Counted from the first letter of the stretch, positions 14,381-29,698 are shown. The stretch: 64,000 nucleotides of DNA from Eledone cirrhosa (GCA_964016885.1 OZ024745.1:124992001-125056000); one strand, 5' to 3'. The notes: generated from the sequence alone by a model not told the origin. Numbers and translations: made by a program.

Positions 14381-16769
14381 CCTACCTGACTGTAATCCAG
14401 AATTATTGCGCATTGCATTACATACTCATTTATGTTTCCAATACAGATAATTAACTTTCGAGAAATATTTCACTATCATTCTGTTAGAATATAAGGTATA
14501 TATGTTGAAACATTTAAGATATATTTAAAATATACGAATCACCCTTACCCAGATTATAACCAAATTTGAAATGTTACAGTTTTCATGTGTTAAATTCTTC
14601 AATGTTTGAAAGACTATTCCCAAATTGGACATTTATTTCTCCTTTCGTGCAAACACATCAATAGAATGTGATTGCCTTTAAAGTATTATTAATTAGGTTT
14701 CTCTCCATAAAACAATCCCAATTGGTATAAATTGATAATCTTCTGACGACTGCAAGTTATTAATAAGATCTAATTTTAATGTATTACATGAGAGTATTTG
14801 TATACCCCATCAACCTGTCCAAACTTCCACAACTTTGTAAGATTCTGTTGACATGAGAAAAAACGGCAATCACATTTATTTACATTGACATCTATTTATT
14901 TAGTTGAATTGTGAGGTAGATATTATTTATTGTATACTTTCTTTCAATAACCAGATATATTCAAAATCGTTGCCCCCCATGAATTTCTGCAGATGTGTCA
15001 GTTAGTCTCAATACATTTCTATGTATCATCAGCTAGATAGCACGAGTGTGCATGTGTGCATGTGTTGGTGTGTGTATCTGTACTTGTGTGTGTATTATTT
15101 TGCCCACGAAACATTTATATATGAATGAGTAAACCTAAAACGACAATCTCTTCGAAATCAACAGATTCCCCTATGACATGTGTTCTGTACTGAGGTAAAA
15201 TTGCCCCTTTTCAATATTGCCGTTAGATATGCAATGAAATTGAAATTATCTGTTGTATATCTGCAGCCAGTGACGCAATTCATTGCATGCAGATTGCGAT
15301 GCATAAAGAATAAATTTAAATTATATATTTTATCCTTATTTTCCTAATATTTTACTTCTGATTGATTGTAATAAATGTCTTTTATGTGATGATGTAAAGG
15401 TAAAAGGAATTTTATATTCATTTCCAATACCCATCTTAGAAACAGAGAGGAATTCATATAATGAGAAAAGGAAATATGTACTTACTCATTTTGTGTATTT
15501 TGTTTGCAACATTCATATTACTTCAATTCCAATAAAGGGTCGATTATATTTTAAACATTCATTTTTATTCAGATAAATATCGATGATGTGTATAATTCTT
15601 TTTATTTTCTCTCTAAAGAATTTCGATTATCTAATAGAAAATACTTCAAACTTTACTAGCAAATGTATAGAAACTGTTATAGGAAAACATGTGGAAAACA
15701 TTACAACAATGAAATGTCGAATACATTTTCAATAACCAATTAGACAAATATAGAACCCTTCAGAGATGAAAAAACCAAACATATATGCTTTTCTTGCATA
15801 ACTGACCTATATTCTAATGCTCTTATCCACTAGAAGGATATAACTGTAGCAGCTTGCAATAAAATATTTACATTTCTCATATATTGGACATTCAGGTTTG
15901 GAAAAAGGATAAACGCTTGTGTAATCCAGAAATGTAATCTGAATTTGAATAAAGCATTAAGACACAAAATAATACCATCGTAGGTGAATTCCTACAAATC
16001 AAACCATATAATAGATGTATTTCCTATGAAAAATGCTTTCTCTATTTAGAGATGTGTTAAATAAGGATTATTCTTAAGTAGTTATGCTAAGGTTCAAACA
16101 TTATTATCACTTTGAATAGACCTGGACGCCACAGAGGTGAGGGATATGTGACTTCCACTTAGAATGCTGATTAAATTTACACATTGCTGAACGTCAGATG
16201 TAAACTCTTTCCAAATAGTTAATGTATAAACATGCTGGAAAATATATCAGATGTGAACAGAAAGATGTTGCCTACAACAGATGAAACAAAGCAAGACTTT
16301 CTTAGAATATGAATTCCTTTATTGAAACTTTATAACGTAGTTCTACATTGAATGCATTAATGGTAGAATTGAATTTGCACAAAGACGGCTTCTTAAAATG
16401 TCCTTATTTTAAATATGGTGTTAAACGCTATACAGTTTCAATGCAGGGAAATCCTTGCTACAAATGCAGCTGATAGTGTAGCGATGAATATACCCAACAT
16501 TGGTATACTAAATGTGGAATAATCAGCGACACACACTTTCATATATCACACAATCAAAGAATCTGGATCTAGAGGCAAAACAAGATGTAACTGATTTCCA
16601 GGTAAATATTATATTCATATATATATTTATATATATATAACCAAGGAATTGTGGTAAGGAACCAGATGGACCATAACGTACCAAAGTACTCAATACGTAG
16701 GGTAGTAGAGTGGGTAATAGGAACAAGTATGACCCTGACGGCAGAGCTCAAGCCGTTTCGACGGCTATT

Positions 16770-16968
16770 TTTGGACTCGTCAAATATTTGGAGTAAAAAT
16801 ATGATATTAACAAATGGAAACTATATTTATAAAACCATATTTATTTCATTATACATATTTCAAGGACACCAAGTTAAATTATGGTGTGCTTTCATCAGAT
16901 AAAATACAATATAGATCAGTTTTATAAATAAATATTGACATACCCTTAAAAATGCAACCATTACTGTT

Positions 16969-17045
<77 letters not shown>

Positions 17046-17290
17046 CTTTTTCTCTCTCCCCTTCTTTATCTTCCTCTTTCTCCGTAACCCAACGGCTTAT
17101 TTTAAAAATGAAAATATCCAATACTAATAATAATATAATTAAAGCTACAACTCCACTATCCGGGAGCTTCCAACATATAATACATTTCCTATTAGTACAG
17201 TGGGTTTTATTAAAAGGGTAGATTTTGCTGATCAGGGATTTTATGGTGGTTCCTGGCTTTTCTACCACCTTAATCTTTATATATTGTTTA
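16770..17290 (-). mobile_element. Penelope-like element remnant (ORF fragment + pLTR with hammerhead), split by (CT)n
   Basis: Minus peptide IKIKVVEKPGTTIKSLISKIYPFNKTHCTNRKCIIC matches the PLE RT-to-GIY-YIG linker also seen at 22.7 kb; pLTR module recurs at 18.8, 43.3 and 44.2 kb. Confidence 0.7.
16843..16905 (-). ncRNA. Type I hammerhead ribozyme motif (family A)
   Basis: attttat-CTGATGA-aagcacacc/ggtgtcctt-GAAA-tatgta-TA-atgaaat; stems I and II pair. Confidence 0.7.
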
Positions 17291-17566
17291 AGCACGTGGC
17301 CTAGTGGTAAGAGTGTTGGACTTACGGTCATAATGTCGTCGGCTCGATTCCCGGGCTGCGTGTTGTGTTCTTGAGCAAAACACTTCATTTCACGTTGCTC
17401 CAGTATACTCAGCTGAAAATGAGTACCAGCAATAGCTGGAGGTTTAACCCTGCGATGGACTGGCGTCCTGCCCAGAGGGGAGTCTTGTACTCTCAGTCGC
17501 TTCCCGCTATGAAACCGGGATAAGCACCGGCCAAATGAGCCTCCTGGCTTAAGACAGACTTTTTTT
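17291..17566 (+). mobile_element. Full-length tRNA-derived SINE with conserved-core-type body (second SINE family)
   Basis: A box TGGCCTAGTGG 17297-17307, B box GGCTCGATTCCC 17341-17352, central gtgttcttgagcaaaacacttca, 3' ccctgcgatggactggcgtcc..gaaaccgggataagc, T-rich end. Confidence 0.85.
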
Positions 17567-18079
17567 AATATATATATGGATGTGATATATGTGAGTGCGT
17601 ATATGTATTTGTATATGTCTGTGTGTATATGTTGTGTGTATGTGTTGTATATGTTTTAATATGTGTGTGTGTCTATATATATGCATATGTATATATGTAT
17701 GCTTGTGTATATATGTATATGTGTGTGTGCATGTATATATATATTTTTATATATTTATATATATTTATATATTATACATATATATATATATGAAATTGTG
17801 TATGTGTGTGTATATGTATGTACACATGTCTTTTTCCATATTGCTATATATTTTTAATTTTTTTATTTTTATATATTAGTTTTCTTACCCTTCTTTTCTT
17901 ATGTATATTTCCCGCTATTTTTCCAGCCTCACTTCCAATTTTTAACAGATTTTAAATCTCATTTCACATCTCTGTCTGACGAACGATGCAGACGTATATA
18001 TTATTATCGTCTGTGATCCAGAAATAAATTTCATATACCCTTTGTTCTTTTTGCTTGATTTCTCTCATATTTACTCTCA

Positions 18080-18260
18080 TCCAATATTTTTTAACACCAG
18101 CTAGCGGAAACTTTTGTGGGACTTTCCAGGATTTCTGGATCAATTCCAACATTTTTTAATGTTCTCTTTCAAGGGATCCCTTACACAGTTTTCTTCTATT
18201 CCCAGACGGAGTTGCACATAAAACAGTTTTTTAGCAGAGGGTTTCCAAACTATCGCCTAG
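18080..18260 (-). mobile_element. Possible RTE-type LINE 3' remnant
   Basis: Decayed peptide GNRRKLCKGSL..KNVGIDPE..W resembles RTE RT C-termini. Confidence 0.3.
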
Positions 18261-18732
18261 TTAGAAACTATGCTCTATAGAAATGTGAAACATCTTTGTG
18301 TTAGATTAGCGAAAAATGTATATATTGATTTTAATACAACGTAATTTCAATTTCATACTTTATTGATAATCATCCAATTCCTCACGTTTCGTAGATGATT
18401 GGCTCAATGTCTTAGGGAGGCTATAATCACGAATTCATTATCGATCTGCCAACCAGGTCTAGTGATTCAAGCTAAACATGAAATTAGTCGAAACACCATG
18501 TCTGGCGAGCAGGTTGATTCTGGAATGGGGTCTCTATGAGCCATACGGAGTTTCAGTATACACAACGGACATAATTGTTCGATAATCAATAAAATACTGA
18601 TATGAAACTACATCCTATCAAATTCAGTATATGCACTCTGTCCACCATAGATTATTCATATCCGTACCATCTCCTGTGCTCCACAACATAATTGGATATC
18701 CTATATATATATATATATATATATATACATAC

Positions 18733-18815
<83 letters not shown>

Positions 18816-18831
18816 GTGTGTGTATATATAT

Positions 18832-19120
18832 ACGATATTAACAAATGGAAATTATATTTATAAAACCATATATATTTCATTATACATATTTCAAGGACAC
18901 CAAGTTAAATTATGGTGTACTTTCATCAGATAAAATATAATATAGAGCAGTTTTATTAATAAATATTGACATACCCTTAAAGAATGCAACCATTACTGTT
19001 GGAGGCTCCCGGATAGTCCATTTGTTAATATCGTATTTTTACTCCAATTATTTGTTGAGTGCTTTATATCAGTTATAAAAACATTTGCTTGTTGTATCTT
19101 AACAATTTAAATAGAACTTT
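18832..19120. mobile_element. Rearranged PLE pLTR copy (family A) with hammerhead at 18874-18936 (-)
   Basis: Near-identical to 16803-16970; 17-bp inverted repeat acgatattaacaaatgg 18832-18848 / 19018-19034. Confidence 0.8.
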
Positions 19121-19518
19121 TACATATATATATATATATACGTAAGTAGATATATTTTGTATGATTATATGTATGTGTTTGATGCGGTTCTGTAACAGTG
19201 TATTTGGTTGTACGCATAGATGCGTGTATGTATATTTATGCGTATGTACGTGTATGTATATCTGAATCTGTTTGTACATGTATATAATTTTTAATAGATA
19301 TTATATCCATAACATAACTATTTCATCTTATGAACTAACTGGTTGTTTCTGATAGAATCGTCTAGTTTCCTGAAATCTTTGATAATGGAATAATTATATT
19401 GTGTTTTTTACTATGTAATTAAATAAAAAATACATATATGCATGTGTGTGTATGTGTATATATCTATATACGCATGCGCGTTCGTACGGTTGTCCTTCCT
19501 GTTCCTATAGCCATGCCC

Positions 19519-19564
19519 ATCCCGAGCTGAAGATCCGCTAAGGTGAAACAATTGTTCTCGGGAT
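19519..19564 (+). ncRNA. Type I hammerhead ribozyme motif (family B)
   Basis: atcccgag-CTGAAGA-t-cc-gctaa-gg-t-GAAAC-aatt-GTT-ctcgggat; perfect 8-bp stem I; palindromic stem III ACAATTGT. Confidence 0.75.
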
Positions 19565-19588
19565 TATGAACTAACTGTTGTGTAACCA

Positions 19589-20046
<458 letters not shown>

Positions 20047-20147
20047 AATATAGTTCTGGTATGTCAAATTAATACCATAGAACAACCTTAAATCATAGAC
20101 AACCTATATATTTCTAGGGGTACTTAGTACCCATGGGCATATTAACT

Positions 20148-20229
<82 letters not shown>

Positions 20230-20463
20230 CCAAAAAAAAGCCTTCGTGGGCCTCCTTTTTTCAAGTAAAAAGAAATTCAAACACTCATATATGAAAAAAC
20301 AACCTGCGTCAACCCCCCCCCTCTTATTTGAAGAACTATTGTAACGCGAACTGGCGCGAAATTTATTATAATTATTGGCAAACCAATCAAATTACTTCTC
20401 GAAAAACCTGGCATTTCGAGCCACTTTTTCCATATAAAACAAGTAACATTCAGAGACCAACCA

Positions 20464-20669
20464 GATGTGAGAAAAACCACAGACCCTCCATCTCAACTCA
20501 CCTTTTGAAAAGCAGAAGAACTGCGAAACCGGTAAAGGAACCAAATAAATATATATATATTTTTTTTTAAATAAGACTCCAGTTGCATTTTCGATTTCAT
20601 CTCTTTTTCTTATACTTTCACTCGTGTAGGACACCTCGGTTATTTTTCATTTTGTAAAAAAAACCTCAC

Positions 20670-20678
<9 letters not shown>
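20464..20678 (+). mobile_element. pLTR-like module (family D) with hammerhead 20501-20538, ending at (TA)n
   Basis: cctt-TTGAAAA-gcag-aagaa-ctgc-GAAAC-cg-GTA-aagg; near-identical inverted copy at 29761-29976. Confidence 0.75.
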
Positions 20679-20768
<90 letters not shown>

Positions 20769-20793
20769 TATATACATATACATATATATATAC

Positions 20794-20860
<67 letters not shown>

Positions 20861-22167
20861 TATATATATATATACCTTATATATATATGTGTATGTATTT
20901 TATATACTATGTCTTTTTCATTTGGGCGTTTCATGTAGATTGTCTACTTATCTATACACATATGTGTGTATATGGGTGTGTGTGTATGTATGTATTTGTG
21001 TATGCTGTTTCAACGTATTGATATGTCCTTCGCTGGTCATTGGGTGTTGCTTTGTCATATATCATAGAGGTCATGTTGTATTTGTACTCCACCACCACTG
21101 ACTGAACAATTATGAATAGCTGACATAAACTGTATAGGTAGTGTGGTGGAATGTATTTGTCAAGCGAAGTGCTATGCTATACAATGAAGTGTTCTATTTC
21201 ATATTCAGTGTTCTATTTCATATGAAGATATATGGCAAACCACTTACATTCCTCTCCCACAACTGACCAGGTGTTGTTTGCAGAGCCCCTAAATTCTGAT
21301 AATGGCCCTATCGTATATAATCAAGTTTCGCTGATTCAGATCATGATATTTACCTTTCGTCATTTTGTCCAATGATTTAAGGGTTTGGCAAATAAAATTG
21401 ATAAATTTTCTACCGAAGTGTAAACAAGTACTGCAAGCGGATGCACTTGTATTTCTGTATTCCAATGACCAGAAGAAATATTAACAGTGATAAGATCTAA
21501 CATGATATTAATAATAACTATGTTGCTGATGATGTTGTTGTCGAGAAGTGAATGGTGTTCTTTTATAAGCTTGGTATATTGAATTTAAAAGGATTGCACC
21601 TAAATTAACCTTACTGCTCAAGTGATGATATTTTCCTAAACGATTTATTCTGTTGTATCTAGAAGGACCCAACGTATCCTAGTATATGTTCTGATGACTA
21701 ATAATTCTTCACAACTGAAGATTTAGTGATCAACCAACAGTAAAATTATCACCACGACCAAAACGTTGATAATCTTAATAAGAGAAAATTAAATATTTTA
21801 CTCTTTTTCCCCATCTTCAATGTTATGTATTTCTAAATGATTTTATAAATCAATGAGATATTCATCTTATTTTAAATTTAATTCAATTGCAGTCTTTTTT
21901 CAAATTTCAGCATATATATTATGTACGAGTGAGAATTGCAGAGATCAATCATTATTCGTTTTCAATTTGCAATGATCCAAGAAAAGGTAAATTAACAAGA
22001 AGTTGAAATTATCAACATAATCGATATAATCAATGACAAAATCATTGAAAAAATTCGATTATTTTAAAGATTCCAAATTCAATTTCTTTATTTCTTCTAA
22101 TTAGAAAATTAGTTCTTATACACTCTATTTCCGTCTTGCTCTCCCGATTACAATTAAGCAGAACTTT

Positions 22168-22213
<46 letters not shown>

Positions 22214-22233
22214 GTCCTTGTTTTATTTTATTG

Positions 22234-22314
<81 letters not shown>

Positions 22315-22329
22315 GCAATCTGAGGTTTT

Positions 22330-22435
22330 TCAATAATAATTGTTTCTACTTTTGGCACAAGGCCAGCAATTATCCAATTGTATTACTGGTTCTTTATTTT
22401 ATCGACCCCGTAAGGATGAAAGAAAAAGTTTACCT
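22330..22435 (-). mobile_element. Partial SINE (3' half), Octopus-like family
   Basis: tttatcgaccccgtaaggatgaaag matches the family reverse complement. Confidence 0.75.
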
Positions 22436-22639
22436 CTATTCGATTCGTTTGCAATTATACAAACAAGCCTCCTTTTTAAAGCCTTGTCAGTAGAATGAGC
22501 CCCTCTTCCTTGCTCTTATGTTGGCATATAAACAGAATTGCAGACACTAATCTTTCTGGGTATCACACTTCTTCAGTACAGCTCACTATTCACCTGCCAA
22601 CTGTCAGAGCTAGTGAAAATATATTCTATTTTCAAAAAT

Positions 22640-23437
22640 ATACCTGCCATTTGAATGGGACTTTCCCCATGTATAGGAGCAAATTTTGGAACAGACAGGA
22701 AAGGATTGGGTTTAAAGCAAGTAAAATCGTGGTATGATAGCAATAAATATCAGAATGTAAAGTTCGTCAATACCACCCCTGGAGGCGAACTAGCTTACAG
22801 ATTTAGAAGGGCCCTAGGCAAGTTTGAATCAAATATTAAGATAGTTGAAAGACCATGTATTCCCATAAATACTCTAATTCGCAAAACACACCCATGTCAA
22901 AGATCCCCCTATGCTGATAGGAAATGCATAGTTTGCAAGCTAACTGCAAAACTAGGAGCGTAGTATATAGCATAATATGTAGTTAGGGACACTGTAGGAA
23001 GAAGAATATCACATATATAGATGTAACAGCCCGTAATCAAGTAGTAATTAAGGACAAAATGAGGACATATAGAGACATACAAAAACCAAATTAACAAAAC
23101 AAATCAGACACACACAGATAGAACAAACAACCAACTAGTGACAAGTAGATAAACACATAAATGAATAAATAAATAAAAACACACACAACCTGATGTAATG
23201 CATGTGCAAACTAAGCACACAACACACAACACGCAAAAACAAGATGGTGTAGGATAGAATAAAGAAGAGACACAAAATAAAAACCTACTCACTGAATGTG
23301 TGACGAAAGAGGTTTGACAATATATAAACAACCTTCCGATTGTCGAACCAACCAACCAGAAACCTATAATAAATTGAAGTGAAAACCAATAGGTGCGTGT
23401 GTTTTTATTGGCAGTATGACCCTCCCAAAGTATAATG
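22640..23437 (+). mobile_element. Penelope-like element remnant (RT C-terminus/linker plus pLTR-like module)
   Basis: Frameshifted YRSKFWNRQER..KSWY..VKFVNTTPGGELA..IKIVERP..C..C; 23040-23437 is homologous to 44635-45030 (-). Confidence 0.75.
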
Positions 23438-23485
<48 letters not shown>

Positions 23486-24639
23486 TCATATATTCAATAA
23501 TGTGTAAGAGTTTGTTGAATGTGTATTTTTATGTCTATATGCATGAATTCAGTTTTAAATGAATAGATGTGTGTACATTCCGGCACCTAATCTCAAAACC
23601 GGTGATGTTTCGGTGCCTTGATGAAATATATTTAAGTACTAGGACTTAAATGTATTTCATTATGACGAGGCTCTGGTTATTTGATTTAATAAAACTTATT
23701 CCATATGATACCCTTGCTTTCTTTACTTTTGAACAATTTTCTATATATACTACAGTTTGTTAGTTGGCGATTGCTCTTCTAGATATCATTTTAAAAATAA
23801 ACGACTGATATATTTCAAAGCGCCAAATCAATGCGGTAGAAATATATAATGGGTAAATGATAAATAAAACAAAACAATTAATGTTTTACGCCGTATATTT
23901 CAATATGATATGTTATGGCTATTACCTTCTATTGAAATGTGAAAAAGAATCGGTCCCAATGAAAAGCAAACGATCGCTGCATTCTTTGTTCCAATGCTTT
24001 CTTCATCTATTTATAATCAGTCTCCTTTTTCTAAATTGATTTTTCTAATAACCGAAGGTAACCAGATGTTGCTTTGTCAAATATTTAGAGCAGCTAAACC
24101 TTTTAACTCTGCTGTCATCAGTTTCCATGTATATTATTTTTGTCTTCGAACCAACCAACTATTAAACTAAGAATGCAGCAATAAGGCAATCATTTTGTTT
24201 TAGATTTATAGGGATATGTAACTTATTAAGATACGATAATGAATGACGACATTATATTTCGAAATAATATTCGAGGCGGCTAATTTGCAATAATTCAGTC
24301 ATTTTAGATATTTCTAATTATGTTCCTTTTTTCATTATCCGCAAAGTCTCCCGCTCTGTAGTAATATTGTTTATCATCATTATCCCAATCATGCCCGGCA
24401 TCTTGGAATTATACATGCTAGCACGCTATTGTGCACTTAGGCAGTCGGGTTAGTCCTTTGTAAACCATTTATTGTAATGTCAGGGTTACGTTGCAACTGG
24501 ATGAGTAACCTGAAGAATAATTGCGCTTCATACAGCAGAAAATTTATTTCGAAGCTGTTTAACATTATGTAACCGATGGGATGGAAACTATTCGGGGCTC
24601 AGAGAAACTTTACTTGTGTAATAAACAATTAGTTGATAT

Positions 24640-25650
24640 GAGATTGAACACACTTCACACCACATTTGCAATTTCTGGATAGGAATTTATGGATCTTCAT
24701 CTTTGCTCAGATGGCATCGTTGACCGTCGAGGTCCTCCTGCACTCAAGCGCCACACCAAGCCTCTTTTTCCCACAGTAAAAGCTGAAGCAAAACATGTTG
24801 AACTGAACAATCTCCATTCTGTCTCAACGACCCCAGTTTGTTCAGGGTGATTTATGAATTTGGGTGAATAGCATTTGCATATCTAGTACTCACTTCCTTA
24901 TACACAGGCGCTTCGCACTTTATCCTGTACGTCACCCTGGACCTGCCTGTTCTGTGGGCTTCTTTGGCTTTATGTAGTCTCAAATTATCGATTTTGATCA
25001 GTTAGCATCTCTGCCTTTCTCGTACCATGAATATCCAGCTTCAAATCGAAGAGATCAGAGACAATAACAACATTATTTATTGATCACCGTCCCTGATTCT
25101 TCTTATACCATGTATATGTATGGATGTCTCTGTCCTGAAAGAGAGTGTCAATAATAGAGAGTCCATTGCTAGATAAGAAGAGAAATAAGGCCTTTCCATT
25201 CGATTTAGATTGGGGTCACCGTTCCTTCCAATCACATTTTCCATGATCCGTGGTCAGTGCCAACGTCTGTTGAAGTCTCCTATCAGGATATGTTACTCAG
25301 TTCTAATAACATCTAACACGGCAGTGACTTCATCAAAGAAGGATCTGTATTCGGACTCCTTGTTTGGTGCTTAAAATTGCACCACCCACTGTGACCTATC
25401 TTTCATCGTAAACTTCAAGAGGCAGATCCTCTTTCTTTGTGGGCTTTCAGTCCTTAATACATTCTGACAGCCTGGAACTTGTGAGTATCCTGACTCCTAC
25501 CTGTACAGTCATTTCTGGCGACACATGTGAATACTGGATTTTCCATTCTACATCCAAATCTACAGTACCCAAGCTATGGAAATTTTTTGAGGAAACCCCA
25601 ACTATAGCAATCCAGTAGATTCTAATATCTTCCACTTGTTCTATTAATAG
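24640..25650 (-). mobile_element. Decayed RTE-clade (Rex3/Expander-like) LINE, APE endonuclease region
   Basis: Minus peptides IAIVGVSS..WKIQYS..GVRIL, LIGDFN, NVIGRNGDPNLN, GLSIIDTLFQDRDIHTYTWY; the left boundary is approximate. Confidence 0.75.
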
Positions 25651-28107
25651 GACAGTCTAATTATTTGAGTTATTTTTCATTTTAATTGCAATAGACTACA
25701 AATAAAATTAAAAAACGCTCAAATATCTATGCTGTCCTGATATAAATATATTTTTGTAGACATTCTTCTTTCCCAAAAGATTTCAAATATTATTTTCTTG
25801 TAAAACAATTTAAACTCTATTATATCTTTAAAACTGTTGTGGCTATTCTCTAGTGCCTATCAAAATTTCCAATTATCACGTGGGAATTTCAGTTATGTAG
25901 TGAGGATTATCAAAACACCTGTATAATATAGAGTGAAGCTGCTGCCTAACGGTTTCCAACTAGCATATCTGCATTCACCTAAGCTGAATACGCCAGTAAA
26001 ATGTTAAATAAGCCTGTCAAAGTACGAAGCCATTGATTAGTATGACAAATAGTTATTTCAATTTTATTTCTATTATTTTTCCAATGGGTTATATTTAAAA
26101 AATGCCTATGGAACGAGAAATGTTACAAAAATAGACTCCCACCTGAAAACCTGCTGACACAAAGACAATCATATTGCAGAGTAATTAGATCATTGGTAGG
26201 TATGGACGAACATGGAAGAACAGTCTATCTAAAATAGTCTATCTAAATACACCTTAATGATGAACAAATCAACAAAATACATAATATATGGTAAAACATG
26301 ACGCCTGTCATTAAAAATAGATTTTCTATTTGTTATCAAATGGAAATAAACTAAATGAAATAAAAATAAAGGAATAATAAAACACACAGTGGTATCATTT
26401 GAATGAAAGGTAATAATCCCAAGCCTGAAAATCTGGATAACTGTTAACACATCAAGCGAAAATATCTAATTTGAAGGATTCTCCGATGGAACATTTTATC
26501 TTTAATTGAAATCTACTGTTTCAATGAAAACACGCGCGTACATATACTAACACTCACATACATACATACTCACATACATACATACTCACATACATTCACA
26601 CGCCTACACTCATATATACATACACACAAAAAGAAAATGAAAAGGGAGAACACAATGAGAGTTATGAAGGCGCTATATTTACAATCTATCTTTTATTCAT
26701 TGTTATTTTATAAAGAAACCATTGTAAATCACATAGGTTTCAGATTATATTTTATTTGTATTTACTCGTGTACCTTATCTCAATTTCAATACATTTATAT
26801 ATTCACAAACTTTATAGATATACGTTTGTATATTCTATAGAAGCAAATATTCGTACCGTATTGAATTGTTGGATTCACATATATAGTGCATATGAGGTGG
26901 GATTAACATGCATATTGTGCTACGTAAAATACTATGGCGAAACATAATTTTCATTCACCTCGTCAGAAGAGATCTAGATAGAGTAAATAGTTTGATGTGT
27001 ATACTGCTTTGTTGACATTTTGATTTGGCAATTTTCATGTCCTTTAATTCTGAATTTACAAATTGATTTTGTCACTAGCTGACAGGAACAAAAATTCTAA
27101 AATATATTAACTTATTTCTAAATCAGGTAATCACTTATATGTAGGTAATCAATTCAATGTTTTTTCTTGTTCATGGTCCGGATCGTTTCGATTCCAGAAG
27201 AATATTGCTTTTTGGTGAAGAGTAAATAAACAGAAACAAAAATGGTAAAAATAATAAATCGGTGCTTAATGATTGTAGCAAACGTTATACAAATTTAGAA
27301 ATGGCGTGGACCGACAAAAGGTGCACGATACAATATTTCATATCTGAATAGTAAATGCATAAATCTCTTGGTTCTTGCCAATAGCAAAACGGAAAGTATA
27401 ATTGCATATTGACTGGAGACGTCCAAGTAATAAAAGGGATCTTCAATGTTTATAATGTGTAATATAGCGGTGAAATTCTTATCAAGTATAACAGGAGACG
27501 GATACGAATGTAGAAAAATACAATTAAAAATCAAATATATATTCTTTTCAATGTTCGGGATTGACACGTTACTTGTTTTGTAACAACATATAAATGGAAT
27601 TCGGGAATAAGGAATTGCCGATATCAAAATATACGGACATTGGTGATAATACTTGGTGAAATAATGCGGATATTTAGGAAAATTAATTAAACATATTTGC
27701 AATACTAGTTTCCGAAATGATGTATAATAAATGAATTAAACAATTATATGCAAAATGTACAAACGTACAGATATAGATAGTATGGAAAATGGATACCTAA
27801 TTGGAACAGAAAGCTCCAGATTCTAGAGAGAAAGGTGTGACAATTGATGATATCTCATGCAGCATGAGATCCCACAAAAGGGATATTCATGGACATTTCC
27901 TTTTCAGATAGAAGAGGTTTCATATGCATTAGAAGATAAAAGTGAAGAGGGAAATATTATAGTGTATGTAGATAATACGCCAGAACAGCTGGAAGTGTGT
28001 TTAAAATCTCTAGTGTGACTGAGGCTGCACAAAGAATTTATTATATGAGTACGCAAATCTAGATTCTCTAAACAATTATTCAAATATGTCATTATTAAAT
28101 AGATCTA

Positions 28108-28263
28108 GGCCGGTGGATTGGCTGTAGGGAATCAGATACCATGTTTTGCAGCATAGGGTTACAGTCTGAGTTCAAATCCCGCCGAGTTAACTTTGCCTTT
28201 CATCCTTACGGGGTCGATAAAATAAAGTACCAACATGGCTGGTCTTGTGCCTATATAAGAAAC
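28108..28263 (+). mobile_element. SINE with 18-bp target-site duplication
   Basis: Family consensus; cattattaaatagatcta at 28090-28107 and 28264-28281. Confidence 0.85.
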
Positions 28264-29698
28264 CATTATTAAATAGATCTACCATGTTAATAATTGTTAC
28301 AATATATCATTAGGAAACTCATTACATAATACATATTTAGGAAACCCGAATATATTCGAGTATAACTGTGTGCTACGTGTAACAATGCCTCATATATGTA
28401 TCTCTTTGCACAATTTCATGAGGATTCAATATGCTTTTGTCACACTGAGGGTTTCACATTTCTAGTCAGTACTTTACATTCCACGATTTATGTTACTATC
28501 ATTATTGAATACATTTATTTCTTCCTAATTTCATTTTTCGGAAAACATTCATTATGTTGTAATTTCATTTTCTAGGAAAACATTTAATTCTTCTGTACAC
28601 ACAAAAAGAAAAAAAAAATTGTTTTCACTTTTGACATCATAAACATGAAAATTTAGAAATGCTATTCAAGTTTCGTGTCATATTTTATTATCAGTTTATA
28701 ATTTTATGAGTATTTCGAACTACACATTTTATTCTGAGATTACATTATTCTTCGACAAAATCTTTGAAAAACAATTTTTTTTCACTTTACGTTTAAACAG
28801 CCTTCTAAGACAAAAAATGATATTGTTTTCCGTGGGAAAAAGTGAAATTGTTTTTCTTGTCGAATATACAATGTATAAACGTATTTAATAATTTGAAATT
28901 ATTCTTTAAATCCATCATTGCTTATTATGAATTACTATCGGATTTAATACATTTCAATAATTGACCAAATTTATCATAAGGTAAAACAATGCTTTTACTA
29001 GATTTTCAATTCATATTTACACAGTTTTCAGTATGATAGGCAAGCAAAAACGAGAGAGCAAAAGAAAGATAAAGCATCAGATGATAAGGGTAAAATGGGA
29101 AACTACACATTATAAGGAATCCTGAGATAAAATCAACGGATAAGAAGAGTTAAAATGACAAAGAACAAACGTCCGTCACAGCGATTATATAAAAGAAAAG
29201 TCAATTGATAAGGTGAGAGAAGATGCTGGGTTAATAGTGAGTTAATACCGACGCCATTGAGAAAAGGAGAATGAGAGGGAAAGTGGAGAGATATAATACC
29301 AGTGGGAAAAAATGGCCTAAACATAAAAGGACGGACATCATATCAGGCTGAATTCGGGGAAAATATATGAACGAAAGCTCCTTAAAATCTGTACAAAGAG
29401 GACTTTGACAGCAAATAAGGTTTGCTATTTTATGATGCTTTGATATTCAGATGAGCTTTTAAATGTTCTGCATAACCAATTGTTGGTGAAATGGTAGCAC
29501 AGTGGTCACGATAACCAAAGATGTGGGTTCGACTCCCATGTACGTCAATACTCATCTTTTTCCATTTATCTGTGGGTTATAAACTCCATTATCAGGCTAA
29601 AATTCCTTTAGTCAAAAATACGGTGAAAGCTATTCTATTTTCTAATTTCAAACCTGCTCACTGTTTCAAAACATACTTACTTGATATATATATATATG

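Noticed and set aside
29484-29548. tRNA-like sequence with GGTTCGACTCCC B box
   Set aside because: Could not fold a convincing cloverleaf; probably a decayed SINE head or tRNA pseudogene
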